From Octopus bimaculoides (taxonomy: Eukaryota): a stretch of DNA of 56,060 nt. Shown here one piece after another: positions 11,376 to 23,190 of the stretch; position 1 is the first letter of the stretch, and each line of letters opens with the position of its first letter. The stretch covers positions 53,531,211 to 53,587,270 of the forward strand of contig NC_068987.1 in NCBI RefSeq assembly GCF_001194135.2, given 5' to 3'. The notes under the pieces were generated by a model, which saw nothing but the letters and a program-made list of their open reading frames with translations, made no database searches and had not been told where the DNA came from. The position numbers and the translations under genes are program-made.

Positions 11376-13868
11376 GCACTTCACAGATACGGTATTAGTA
11401 ATGCATATATAATTTACACATTCACATGCATAGATGCTTATTTCAAACTTCAACACAAAAATATTTTCGCGTAGTCCTGCAGATACACGACACAGAACTA
11501 CGAATAGACGCGATTATTTTGGGTCAAAGTGAGCTAGATCTTTAAAATTGGAAAGGAAACCGTAGTGTACGTTTAGAAGAAATAGACAAGTACCCACAAG
11601 AAGAAATATTGACATATTATTGTAAATCAAGTTATCCGAAAGCAAATTGTTTTTAAAATGTGGTTCAGAAAAATGAGAATTATTAAAGTCGAGGCGGATG
11701 TGTCAGAGGTGAGACAAGTATTGCAGCATTATATAAAGTTCTTTTAAAATGCACGGATTTATTGTGTGAATCTGAAAGGAAAACACCTAACACAAGATAT
11801 TGTGGTGAAGTATGGAAGTATATGAGCATGATTATGAGAGACAACAAATAAAAAAAAACGTGTTTAATGATGTGCAATAATTGAAAAATAATCTTTGAAA
11901 ATAATTTGAAAGTTGATAACAGGTTCATCGGTCCAAATTTCAAAATATTGGTACGCTTATGCTCCAATGTTTTACCAGTCGGTGAAGGAGTTTAAAATAT
12001 AGTCAGATAAATAATCCATTTGGCAGAATTAATTTAGAAAGCAATACGATTATATCGATGTTTGTTTCAAATTCGATTTTGTTGGTAAAAGTAATTTGAT
12101 TCTGATTACGTTTGGGTGAATTTCTCACTGAAATACAGTGGACATGTTATAGTAACGGAGTGCTTTTAAGTGTTCGCACCTTCCATGACAAACTAGATAT
12201 CCTTAAAAGAAGATGAACACGATTCGTTCAATAATCAAGTATACTTCGCCAGTGCTGTATCGATACTCCATGTGGTTATTTATGAGATTATGCACACCTA
12301 TTTTTTGCAATACATTTTCCATAACACAATTACTGCTGCTATATTTGGGTATTGGCTCATTATTAATATACACGTGTGCACTGTATACCATGTATTTTTC
12401 CACTCAGTTACACAACGAGAGGACAGATTCTTTGATACTTTAAGTTACGCGAGATGGAGGTCTATTATTATTAATCTTAGAGATCAAATTCTTACAAAAG
12501 AAACTTCTAAGTTTTTCAGTTCTCCTTCTGAGGATCGTATTCTATTTGCGTCACTCCTGTGAAATTCACGAAATGCCATATTTAAAATTTTCTTAGCATA
12601 TAACTTCTAGATTGTGATCTTATTCCTGTGTCGAAAACTGCTGCACCTTACTAATCCGGAGGGCTATATGTTATTAACGTGGAGCCGTTTTAAAGCTGCT
12701 TACATCCAGTGATTAGTAAGAAGTGATCTGTCCACTATTGCAGAAATTATTAAGAAGAATACTCGTTGGATACTCTGAGAAATTGCTGTTGTAAAACAAT
12801 TTCTCGTTCAGCCTAAAAAAAGGTTTACATAATATACAATATGAACGTTAGTTTGCTAATGTAATCTTTTCGCCCAAATCATTGAAGAACCTAATTAAAT
12901 CATTGTGTTGAATTAAACATTCTTTGTGCAAATAATCCACGGTTTCCCTGTTACATGAGTCAGAGGAAAACTGAGCCATTTCAAACTAAGGAAGATATTT
13001 AAAAACAATCAGAAGCATTAACCAAGACAAGCATTGAACACTGAGAGGATAAATGTTGCCCGAGTCTTTGAACATCAAAGGGTCTTAGATAAATTTAATG
13101 GACGTTTCGGTAGATATTAACATTTCCGAAAAAAATATGCACGTAGTTTTATGAGTAAGAAAAGAAAAGATGATGAAGTGGCTAAAAGCGTCCTTTAAAA
13201 GTAAAAGAAAGTAAAGTAGAAGAAGAAAGAAGAAAGGAAGAGAAAAAGAACAAAAGGAAAAGAAAAACAAAAAGATTATGATAATGCAGTGGAAAAAGAA
13301 AATCAGAGATGAGATGAACATAGACTAAATGAAATATTACAATAGAAAATATAACAAGTCTAACAAAAAGTAAAAAGGCACAAAAAATCACGGATCAGTT
13401 CTAGGAGATGAAAAAAAATACGTTAACTGTAGAGTCTGATAAATGAGATAAATATAACATATAATGCACCCACAGAAATATATACGTCTATATATAAACA
13501 TACACATTCTTAAAAACATATTTGCCCACAATATACATATATTATCCATAAATACATGCAAGCACAGAATATAAACGCCATACTCCGACAGAGAGTAGAA
13601 ATTTGCTCACATAAAGATATAAATGGAATATACACACCAGCCTATATGTAAAAGACACCAGCTTCGAAACGCACAGGCAGGTGAACGTACACATAGAGAA
13701 TGTCATAGAAACAATTTGGCAATAATGTTAAAAAAAACAAATTTGATACTGAGAAGGTCTGGGAGTTAGGGAAGTCCTAATATGTATCTACGTCAAACTA
13801 TCTCCCTTACTAACGTTATATGTTTATACACATTCACACACACATTTGTATATATATGAGAAGTTTAG

Positions 13869-13967
13869 GTATTCAGAAGACCCAAAAGGCAGGCTAGGCT
13901 ATGTAAGTGCTACGGAAGGACCGCTGTTAAACTCCCGATTCAATAATAGTATGAGTGGGGACTCTAA
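13869..13967 (+). other. Candidate coding exon (YSEDPKGRLGYVSATEGPLLNSRFNNSMSGTL)
   Basis: tttag acceptor, AAG|gtatgt donor, 99 nt, one open frame, GC-richer and non-repetitive. Confidence 0.3.
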
Positions 13968-14462
13968 GGTATGTCGTGTGTATGTTAAATACAATAAGAT
14001 AACATGGCCAAGGTAATGCAATATTTCTAAGACATTTATAAAGAGAAAATAGGTCTTACAATAGTTTCAGGAAATTAAATGATATCCCACCATCAGAGAC
14101 GATTCAAGGAGTTTCAATAGAAAAATTAGTAGATTTCGTTATATAATAATTTATTTTGCAAAGGGAGAGGTACAGAAAGTATAAAAGGAAATATGAAAAT
14201 AAAAATACATGTTGGATTTTAAAGGTGTTCTGTTATCCAAGGAATGTGCTGTATAGAATGGTTAAAACGGCTTCTTGTACATGTTATGTAAATTTCGATA
14301 GGAGTTCATATGTGGTTATTTCAAATAGATAGTGTGCAGATAACAATTTCATGTGCTGTTCATTGAAAAAGATCTTGTAGTGTAAATGAAATTTTGAGAA
14401 TATACCACAAAGAAATAAACAAAAAAAAGTGAATAAAAAAAATTTGTGGATTTAGCGGTCAG

Positions 14463-14549
14463 TCATGGCGACTGGTTGGATAAAGGTAATTGGACACGAA
14501 ACCTAGGAAGAAGGGGAGATAATAAAGTACTGGTGGTCTCAAAACTAAG
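14463..14549 (+). other. Candidate coding exon (HGDWLDKGNWTRNLGRRGDNKVLVVSKL)
   Basis: gtcag acceptor (alternative tttag at 14455), AAG|gtgcgt donor; phase-compatible with 13869-13967. Confidence 0.28.
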
Positions 14550-14672
14550 GTGCGTGTGCGCATGTGCATGTGAGAGCGTGTAAGTGTGTGCGTGTGGATA
14601 GTGTCTACTGACTTTGACGTGTGGATGTGTGCTTCTGTAATATTTCGGTGTATGGATATATACATTGACAAA

Positions 14673-14719
<47 letters not shown>

Positions 14720-15274
14720 CTATATGTATCAATATCTATGTATGTATGGTATGTATGCATACGTGTAAACAGAAAGAAAGCAAGGACTCAATATAATATT
14801 TTCAGATGATCAATACTTAAATATAAATTTATATATATATATATGTATATTAATGGATTGAACTTACACAGAGTATAAACGACAGAGAAAATTAAAGGGT
14901 TGGAGTTAATGTGTTACCTTTGGGACTCGGAATCCCAGTGCAATATTCTTAGATGTAGTTCAGCAAAATATAAAGCCAGTACTGGAAGTAAATAAACATT
15001 GAATTAATCGCGCCTCATTCAGATCATTAGGTGGAGACTTTTAAATGCAGTAGACTAAATTTGAGCTATTGATATGTAAATATCTATACATTTATATTTA
15101 GATATTCATCGTCTGCAAATTTTTAGTCTTTCTTATTTCTTTTTACATGTATACCTATATATGTATTTTGTATATCAAACCGAACTTGCTATATCTAATT
15201 TGTTTATCTGAATAATTGCCTATGTATATATAAGTGTGCGTGTGTGTGTGTGTGTGTGTAATGTCATCACCCAG

Positions 15275-15333
15275 GAGTGACGATGGATTTGCTAAACCAA
15301 GATTTCTGCTTTTTCTAACTTCATCATTTCCAG
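15275..15333 (+). other. Candidate coding exon (SDDGFAKPRFLLFLTSSFP)
   Basis: cccag acceptor, CAG|gtatct donor; the same site also reads as a strong acceptor, so it is ambiguous. Confidence 0.18.
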
Positions 15334-15462
15334 GTATCTACTGGCACTGTATTCGAAGCTTAGACTGCTAAACAGCAATTGAAAGCTCAGCGAAGTCGCA
15401 TCGACTTGCCAGGTAGAACAAAATTTCGTCAGTAGTAACGAAAGCATTATTAGTGAGTGTGG

Positions 15463-15965
15463 TAATATACTTGCGTCCCGGGTTCAATCCCACTGTGTTG
15501 CACCTTAGGCAAGCGTGTTTTACTATAACCTCCGGCTGACCAAAGCCTTGTGAGTGGATTTGGTAGACGCAACCTGAAAGAATCATGTTGTATATATANN
15601 NNNNNNNNNNNNNNNNNNNNNNNNNNNNNNNNNNNNNNNNNNNNNNNNNNNNNNNNNNNNNNNNNNNNNNNNNNNNNNNNNNNNNNNNNNNNNNNNNNNN
15701 NNNNNNNNNNNNNNNNNNNNNNNNNNNNNNNNATATATATGTATGTATATTTATTTGTGTGTCTCTGTTTGTCCCTCTACCATCGCTAGACAACCAAAGT
15801 TGGTGTGTTTACGTCCCTGTACTTTAACGGTTCGGCAAAAGAGACCAATAGAATAAGTAGTAAACTCACAAAGAATAACTCCTGTGGTCGATTCGTTCGG
15901 CTAAAAGTGGTGTTCCAGCATGGCCTCAGTCAAAAGACTGAAACCAGAAAAAGAAAAAAGAAAAG
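15463..15965 (+). mobile_element. tRNA-derived SINE with internal (TA)n/gap
   Basis: B-box gggttcaatccc, then accaaagccttgtgagtggatttggtagac, then microsatellite and the 3' module ending gactgaaacc plus A-rich tail. Confidence 0.85.
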
Positions 15966-15973
15966 AAAATATA

Positions 15974-16017
<44 letters not shown>

Positions 16018-17583
16018 TCTGTCTGTCTGTCTGTCTCTGTATATGTGTGTGTGTGTGTGTGTATGTGTTTAATTAGTTATACGTACGTCAATTCAATTTG
16101 AACATAAAGATTGTTGTTTGTATTTTCCAAATCTTGTTTGCATGTACCAGCAAATAAATGCCATCATATAGAGAGATAAATATTATCAGTGGATATATAC
16201 CTGGAATTCCGTAATAATAGAAAAGGGATTGAACAATATGATTTATCATAGCGTTAAGTAAATATATATTGAATAGATATATATTGAAGTTGATTACTCT
16301 CATATAACAAAGTAAAGTGACAGAAGGAAACACTTGTGAATGGCATCAAGAATTATTCAAAAAAAAATACAACGTAGGTTAAATTTTACTTCCGAGGTAG
16401 GGAAAAGACTCAATTCAACATCAATATTACAGAAGGTAAGAAGAGAAATTGAAAAATCAATGTCATAATCGACATAAAGTTGAATTGAAGATCTTTATCG
16501 GCTTTAAACATCGAGTTGCAATTATGGAAACCATTTACAAAGGCGATAATGAAATAAAAGTTTGAAGTTTTACTATAGTTCTAAGGAATGCGAAGCCTTG
16601 TTGTTGATTTTCTTGTCATCGTTTGCTGAACTTATTTACAGACTGGTGGTATTTGGGTGCGTCCACCAAGCTGCTTCACTTCTTCCTGCTATCCAACCCT
16701 CAGTCCTTACGTACTTCTGATTATCTCAAGGCAACAGTCGAAACTCGACAATATTTGATAATACTACACAGTAGTAGAAGTAGCTCTGTAGCAGCTCGTA
16801 ACAACGATGATAACGGCTACATTGTTCCCATGGCTACTAAGGTTGGCTGCAATGATACAAACCACAACGGTATTAGTGCTAACTAACGATGAACACTGCT
16901 GCAGTAATGACAAGGTCGAAGTAATTTTAACAGTAATAATGAGGGAGTTGAAAGTAGTGGCAGAGATAATAACCGTCTCTACACCTGCTACACGGGGCTC
17001 AGTACTAATACTTCGAATGTCGCACACATATATCTTACGAAGCATAAAAGAAAACTACAACAGTACACTAAATCGCGTGTCCTTTGGTTAATCTGGAAGT
17101 GCGTCCTGCGGGAGAGGGGCAGCCTGATGTCGAAAAGTCATCCACTGGCATAAACCCTTCTCTGAATACGAACCTGAATGGCCTCTGCCCCAACTAGAGC
17201 CCTCCAAGTTCATCAACACAGACACCACAGTAAGAAAAATGTAAGGGGATCAAATGAACCCGAGAAGAGTATACACAAGTTATATACGCTTACTACTACT
17301 ACTACTACTTATATTATACTGCGAAACATTTAAATTCAATTTTCAGAACTTGTTTCACTGTTCACCTTCCATATATTAGTTTTTCAACACCGACTTTACT
17401 CCGACCAATACTACCTTTGAATTTCCATCCATCAGAAGTAGTTAAAATCAGTACCGGTGCTATTGCTTAAGTATACTCCAATAAGCACGAATCATATACA
17501 GTTCTATATTTAAGAGATGTGGAATTATGTACTTTATTTACATTATTTACATTTGACGGATACTTGTCATCTTGTTTGTTGTT

Positions 17584-17629
17584 AACACAACGTTTTGGCT
17601 GATATACCCTCCAAGCTTCATCAGGTGTC
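17584..17629 (-). ncRNA. Degenerate minimal hammerhead ribozyme (inverted pLTR copy)
   Basis: GACAC-CTGATGA-A-GCTTG..CAGCC-AAAA-CGTT-GTGTT: GAAA changed to AAAA and stem II damaged. Confidence 0.7.
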
Positions 17630-17667
17630 TTGGGGAAAATTCGAACTTGGGTTCTCATTCCTAAGGT

Positions 17668-17689
17668 ATTTTCGATGTTGTTGTTGTTG

Positions 17690-17739
<50 letters not shown>

Positions 17740-17763
17740 ATTATTATTATTATTATTATTATA
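17668..17763. repeat. (GTT)n/(ATT)n tract at the inversion junction of the PLE
   Basis: Direct reading; complementary to the (AAT)n tract at 18858-18930. Confidence 0.9.
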
Positions 17764-18720
17764 GGTTCACCATTATCACCGATATTAGCCAATATATACT
17801 TTGAGAATTTGGCTTTAGGATCAACAGCACTAAAACCAACCCTATGGCTGCGATATGTTTATGATACCTTTATCCTCTGGCCTCACCAGGAAGATGTCCA
17901 AGTACTGTTAGATCATATGAACTCAATAAAGCCATCCATACAGTTCACAATGGAAAAGGAAAAAGACAATCAACCAGCATTCCTGGACGTATTAATAACA
18001 CGCACCAAGTATGGATTCAGGACATCCGTATATCGCAAGCCGACCTTCACTGGACGATACCTTAACTTCAGGTCTCACCATCCATACAGTGTAAAGAGAG
18101 GAATTGCTTAGTACCTGAAGCATCGAGCAAAGAATATAAGCAGCGATCGTGATACCCACCACGAAGAAATGATAAAGCTTTGTAACAATCTATTAAGCAA
18201 CAACTACCCCCCAAAACATACTATCTACTCTAATTACGAAGAAAAGAGGGGATGAAACCAATAAATTGTCTACAGCATGTCTACCCTATGTGAAAGGTCT
18301 CTTCGAAAAGATACAAAAGAAATGCGGCCAATATAACATTAGGACAGTATTCAAGAGTAATACAACACTTCGCGAATATCTCCTTCGAGTAAAACCACCA
18401 ATAGAAGAGAATATGACCCAAAACTGCGTGTACTCCATCCCATGCAGCTCTGGTAGGTTATACAGAGGCGAAACATGTCGCCCCCTCAAAATAAGAGCAG
18501 AGGAACATCACAAAGCTGTGACACGATGGGATGTTGTTAAATGGAGTATAGCTGATCATGTATGGAAAAATGCAGACTACCTTCCCCTGTGGTATGAAGT
18601 TTAAATAATAGAGAAAGAACACCACTGGAAAATACGAAAACTAAAAGAAGCAACACATATACTAGGATACAACCTCCAAAACAGACCGAGTGCAGATATG
18701 AATAGCATATGAGAACCGGT
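17764..18720 (+). pseudogene. PLE polyprotein remnant: RT C-half, thumb and GIY-YIG endonuclease
   Basis: GSPLSPILANIYFE; WLRYVYDTF (YVDD decayed); FTMEKE..FLDV..VYRKPT..YLNF.SHHP; VYSIPCS.G..Y.GET.RPL..R..EH; stops and frameshifts present. Confidence 0.93.
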
Positions 18721-18782
18721 ATTAAGGAAGGATAGGAAAATATTAGATTTATAAGCCCTGAAATTAATCCATAATTGCCCAC

Positions 18783-18853
18783 GGGTATATGGCATACTGG
18801 TTAAGAGCGCGGGCTACTAACCTCATGATTCTTAGTCCCATTGCAGGCAGTGA

Positions 18854-18857
<4 letters not shown>
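18783..18857 (+). other. tRNA-like cassette inside the PLE pLTR
   Basis: TGGCATACTGGTTAAG (A-box/D-arm-like), GGG-CTACTAA-CCT anticodon-arm-like hairpin, degenerate B-box, then (AAT)n. Confidence 0.5.
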
Positions 18858-18889
<32 letters not shown>

Positions 18890-18977
18890 TAATAATAATA
18901 ATAATGATAATAATAATAATAATAATAATATCGAAAAATACCTTAGAAATGAGAACCCAAGTTCGAAATTTTCCCAA

Positions 18978-19023
18978 GACACCTGAAGAAGGCTGGAGGA
19001 TATAGTAGCCGAAACGTTGTGTT
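18978..19023 (+). ncRNA. Minimal type-I hammerhead ribozyme with intact core
   Basis: Stem I GACAC/GTGTT; core CTGAAGA plus extra A; stem II GGCTG/TAGCC; GAAA; palindromic AACGTT stem III; predicted cleavage after 19018. Confidence 0.8.
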
Positions 19024-20450
19024 AACAACAAACAAGATGAGGACAAATATTCGTCAAATGTAAATAATGTACGAATGATATACTTGGTCTAAACTTTTAC
19101 CTCAAAATGAACTATCGTATACCCAAATTAGAACTCATACTATTTGATATATTCTTGGTACATGCAACAGCCTAATGGAATCACTTATTGAATCATGTAT
19201 TATGAAGATGTTTAGCAATAACGCAAGGAAAAATAAAAACAGAATATTATTTTTTTGTCCAAAGTGTTTACAGTTGTCATTAATATAAATAAAAATATGT
19301 TTCAACATACTTTCACTCCACCATTACGTGAGCCCCTGTTATCGTTACTAGCCATAACCATTACTGTTACCTATATTAATTTTATATTTATACAATAATA
19401 ATAGTAAATCTTTTCATTTTTAGTTGTCTGTTACTATTTGTTTAGACAATTCGTAAAACAAAACTTATTCTTAATTGAACGTATTAATGCAGTATTAAGA
19501 TACATCGCAAAATATTTTACTTCAACATGTGTAAAAAGCAGATTGATCAACATTTAAAAAGTTAATGCTATAAAGGAAAAATGTAGACAATAAAATGCAG
19601 CTTTTTTATGTAAGTATGATTTGAGGAATGGCATAGATACATACACACATATTTAAAGGTGTGTGTGTGTGTGTGCATGTGTGTGTATGTTTGTGTGTGT
19701 GTGTATTTGCTCGTCCGCAGTCAATTTTATCACAAAGCGATTTTTTTATTTTTTTATATAGAAATAAATGTTTTTAAAAAAACACTTAAGAAATGTGTGC
19801 AAATGTGTTTGATCTAATATACTAATCGTATAAAAAATAACATTAGTTCATCGATTAAAATAGATATTCTTCTCAAAAGACGGTGTGTCCATATGCTTTG
19901 AAAGTTAGGAGAATCTGATTAGAAGATTACACTAAGTGCTTTTGTGTTTTTGCTATTTTTATTAATATGTTATTTATTTCCCATTCACTCAAAGAAAATG
20001 GTCTTATATTTAGCTTGATTATATAGATTAACCAATAAAATGTTTGTGATTTCAAATATTCCTTTCCCAACTTCGGTCTCATAGCATTTTCTTTTCCTTC
20101 TGACTAAATTTAGATCTGGTAGAGGAAACCGAAAAAGAAAATCTAAAACGGAAAATGAATTAACATTCGTAATAATCATCTTAAACTTCTTAAATTTGAA
20201 TTGATGCACCATTCAGAATTAGTAATATATATCTGGTGACTGAAGCTGAAGAGACAATATATCATTAGCCGTATTTTATGTCTAAATTCTTTTTTAGATC
20301 AGATAAGAACGGTACTCTTGATAAATGGTGCAAATGCTACATAATGTAAATTATATGTTGTATATCTAAGTAACATATTACCAGTTACTGAACACTAATT
20401 GACAAATGTGTTATTCAGATTGCTGAGAACACTTAATGTCAAACTCTTAC

Positions 20451-20648
20451 CGAAAATCGTTTATAAAAGCTTTCATATTTATGTGAGATTGTTTTAATAA
20501 TCTGTTGTGATTTGGAACTTGGAAAGTAGATAGTTGTAAGTACTATAGAATAGCAACAGAAAATGCCTTCAAGTGCTCGGATCGCTTCCTCCAAGACCTG
20601 ACCTCCAGTCGCATTGAAGTTGTTTTTCCTTTTGTATATCCAGGATGG
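20451..20648 (-). other. Candidate 198-nt symmetric exon (PSWIYKRKNNFNATGGQVLEEAIRALEG...)
   Basis: Open for 66 codons between ataatag and TCG|gtaaga; weak polypyrimidine tract. Confidence 0.2.
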
Positions 20649-20769
20649 CTATTATTAGTAGTAAATAAATTAATCCTACTGATGCAATAAACTTGAGTTT
20701 ATTCAAACGAATATACTTCATCTCTTTCGGATGATCATTTCTAAAATTGCTTCAGAACCAGAAATATGT

Positions 20770-20850
20770 ATGGAAGTGAGCAGTCGATTACATCAACCCC
20801 AGAATTTGACTGGTATCTTATTTTATCGATTTTTAGAAGCATGAAAAATA
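20770..20850 (-). mobile_element. SINE core fragment
   Basis: agcagtcgattacatcaaccccag..gactggtatcttattttatcga, matching 51240-51290. Confidence 0.6.
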
Positions 20851-21249
20851 AAAGAGGGAGTGGTGGGGGAAACACTGCTTAAACATCGAACTGTGAATCA
20901 GCGGAAACGAATATGTCCAGATACTTTGCATGAAGCTTTAGCGATTCTACCAAGCCGTTTAATGCTATTGAGATATCAAATGATATTGAGATATTCATAT
21001 AATAAACACGGATTTTCAACAGTCGTTCAAGATCACAAATTTTGATTAAGGGGGAAGCATACACTCATCTGTGCTCTGCCGTTTTTGTCATCCATCACAT
21101 TCTTCTTTATTTCTGTTCCATGTTGTAGTATAAGCTGTTCCATCATTAAACGGTTCAGTTTGAACTTTCGTTTTATTAACATCCACCATTCTGTCAGTGC
21201 GCTTTGAACTGATGAGTTTATCTTCTTACGTTTATTAAAATATCACTAG

Positions 21250-21284
21250 CACAAGCTTGGTTCAAAACCGTCACCGTTTTTGGA
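21250..21284 (+). other. Candidate 35-nt exon (QAWFKTVTVFG)
   Basis: cactag acceptor, GGA|gtaagt donor. Confidence 0.2.
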
Positions 21285-21460
21285 GTAAGTGCATTCATTC
21301 TGAGTTCTACACACGACCACTATCACAGCGCAACACTGATTTCTCGGCAAAGAGAGAGGGTAGGACAGACAGACAAACAGACAGACAGACATACAGAAAG
21401 AGCAGTAGGAGAGACAGGCTGAGTGAGAAGATAGGCACACAGGTAGAAAGATAGAGAATG

Positions 21461-21950
21461 CAGTAACCACTGTTACACCGCGGTTCACCTATGGCGCTCT
21501 CAGTATATCGCGGATTTTTTTGGCTAATATATGTAAATTTATATCGCAGACTCCTCAGTATATCGCGGATTTCTGCAGCCGATAAATATTTATATTTGCT
21601 TTAGATTTTAATTATTTCTTTGGTAAAATAAGCATGTTCACACCTACAAATTAATAAATTAATAAACAAAAATACAGTACAGTACTGCACTGTATAACAC
21701 ATTAATTAAAATGTATTAACAGAAAATACATAGTGTGCCGTAGAAGAGTAAACAAAGAATCGCACATACTGTATGGAAAACGAAACTCGGAAGGCGAGTG
21801 TACGGTGTTGTTTTGCATTTATAATAAAATAAATATATACAAATTATAACAAATAATAAAAAAATATACAGTATTGTTTCTACTTCACGGATTTTCACCT
21901 ATCGCGGGGTGTTTTGGAACGTAACACCCGCGATAGTCGAGCGATTACTG
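21461..21950. mobile_element. pogo/Tigger-type non-autonomous DNA transposon
   Basis: CAGTAA... left end and ...TTACTG-TA right end; subterminal tatcgcgg repeats and hairpin tatcgcggggtgtt..aacacccgcgata. Confidence 0.8.
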
Positions 21951-21959
21951 TAATTCACC

Positions 21960-22080
21960 TTAATACACTTTGTTTATTGGGCCCAAAAAATTGATAGACA
22001 AAGTTGATTTGGGAAGGACTTAAACTCAGAACGCTGAGACGGAACAAATACAGCAATGTATTTTATCTAACACACCAGAG
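21960..22080 (-). mobile_element. SINE fragment
   Basis: caaagttgatttgggaaggacttaaactcagaacg resembles the antisense SINE at 51300-51345. Confidence 0.55.
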
Positions 22081-22294
22081 ATTTTTTTTTTAAATGGATG
22101 CCTTTCCGTCACTTCCATTTACACTAATATCGGGAAAAGAGGTCCTCTTAAATTAGAAGAGTAGAAATATATGGTAAACGTATATATTATATGATACTAG
22201 TAAATGAATCTGTAGAAACCGTGCGTCTCTTTTAAGTTGTCAATAGGAAATTAGTTATAATAGAGTGATAGTAAATATAAAATGATTGTTGTTA

Positions 22295-22365
<71 letters not shown>
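22295..22365. repeat. (TAG)n microsatellite
   Basis: Direct reading. Confidence 0.97.
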
Positions 22366-22619
22366 AAAATATAACAGATGTACTACTCTCTGTATTTATT
22401 GTAATTGCCTCGATGGTCTTAGCTCTGAGTTCTGTTATGACAACTTACTGATTGTCCTATACTATATATCTGTGTATATATATATAGATCGAAACAAAAC
22501 AGGTGGAAATCTGAAGGCGCAGCAACGGGTGAACATGGAGGCTGCGGCAAAACGTCCCAGACGAATCCTTTGACTTCTACAGCGTATGCAAAGAAGCGAG
22601 TGGTCTGGCATTGCCATGA

Positions 22620-23190
22620 TGAAAGACTGTCTTTAAGATTAGCTAGTGCTAGTTAGTCAAGCTTGTCACATTAGAATTGATAGTTTGTGCATGGTAAAAG
22701 ACAACATGCTTCCAATCCCACGAAATCGAAAGCATTACTTTGTGTGTAGCCCTGCTTTGCCCTATGAACGTTTACGCTTCCTATTGTTATAGATGCTATA
22801 TTTTTAGTCGTCTGTCACCATTCTCTTTTTAAAAAATTACGTTTTCTCCACGTTTTTGCAATCGAAATCCGGTAGGTGAAGTTAGCCTGATTCAATTGAT
22901 GCGTTCTTCGAATGTCGAGTATACTGATGTACCCACGTCGATGCAGATTGTTTTCAAATCTCGATTTGGTTATTTGGATAATCATGCTGTCCATATAACG
23001 GGTGTTTGTGTCGACTAACTTTCATTTGTCGCTGTTAGTCTCAGGCCAGAGAGAAGATCGAAACATTTTCCGATGGAAATCTTGAAAGCAACCTCTGGAA
23101 AACGCGTTCTGAAACAGCATCCTCTCCGTACTCAGAGGTTATCCTTCTGCAAGTTTCCCCCGCTTACTAGTATTTAAAAAAAAATAAAAT
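22620..23190 (-). pseudogene. Highly decayed mariner transposase remnant
   Basis: Minus strand gives VFHHGNARP (FHHDNARPH motif) at ~22605-22630 and an N-terminal HTH-like stretch at 23.05-23.19 kb. Confidence 0.55.

Larger units (their letters stand above)
17500..19070 (+). mobile_element. 5'-truncated Penelope/Poseidon-type PLE with inverted 5' pLTR and TSD
   Basis: RT and GIY-YIG remnant; sense pLTR 18.77-19.07 kb; inverted pLTR 17500-17763; TSD acgaat(c/g)atatac at 17487-17499 and 19071-19083. Confidence 0.92.

Noticed and set aside
12203-12562. Overlapping hydrophobic ORFs resembling membrane proteins
   Set aside because: AT-rich sequence yields such translations on several frames; no motifs or consistent splice sites
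17101-17200. GC-rich segment with alternative pairings (GAGAGGGG/CCCTTCTC; GGGGCAG/CTGCCCC) and CTGATG..GAAA, suggesting an HDV-like or hammerhead ribozyme
   Set aside because: No valid P3/L3/P1.1 on either strand, and the hammerhead core lacks A9 and stem II
18783-18857. Functional tRNA gene
   Set aside because: Acceptor stem and T-arm do not fold and the B-box is degenerate; treated as a tRNA-derived cassette only
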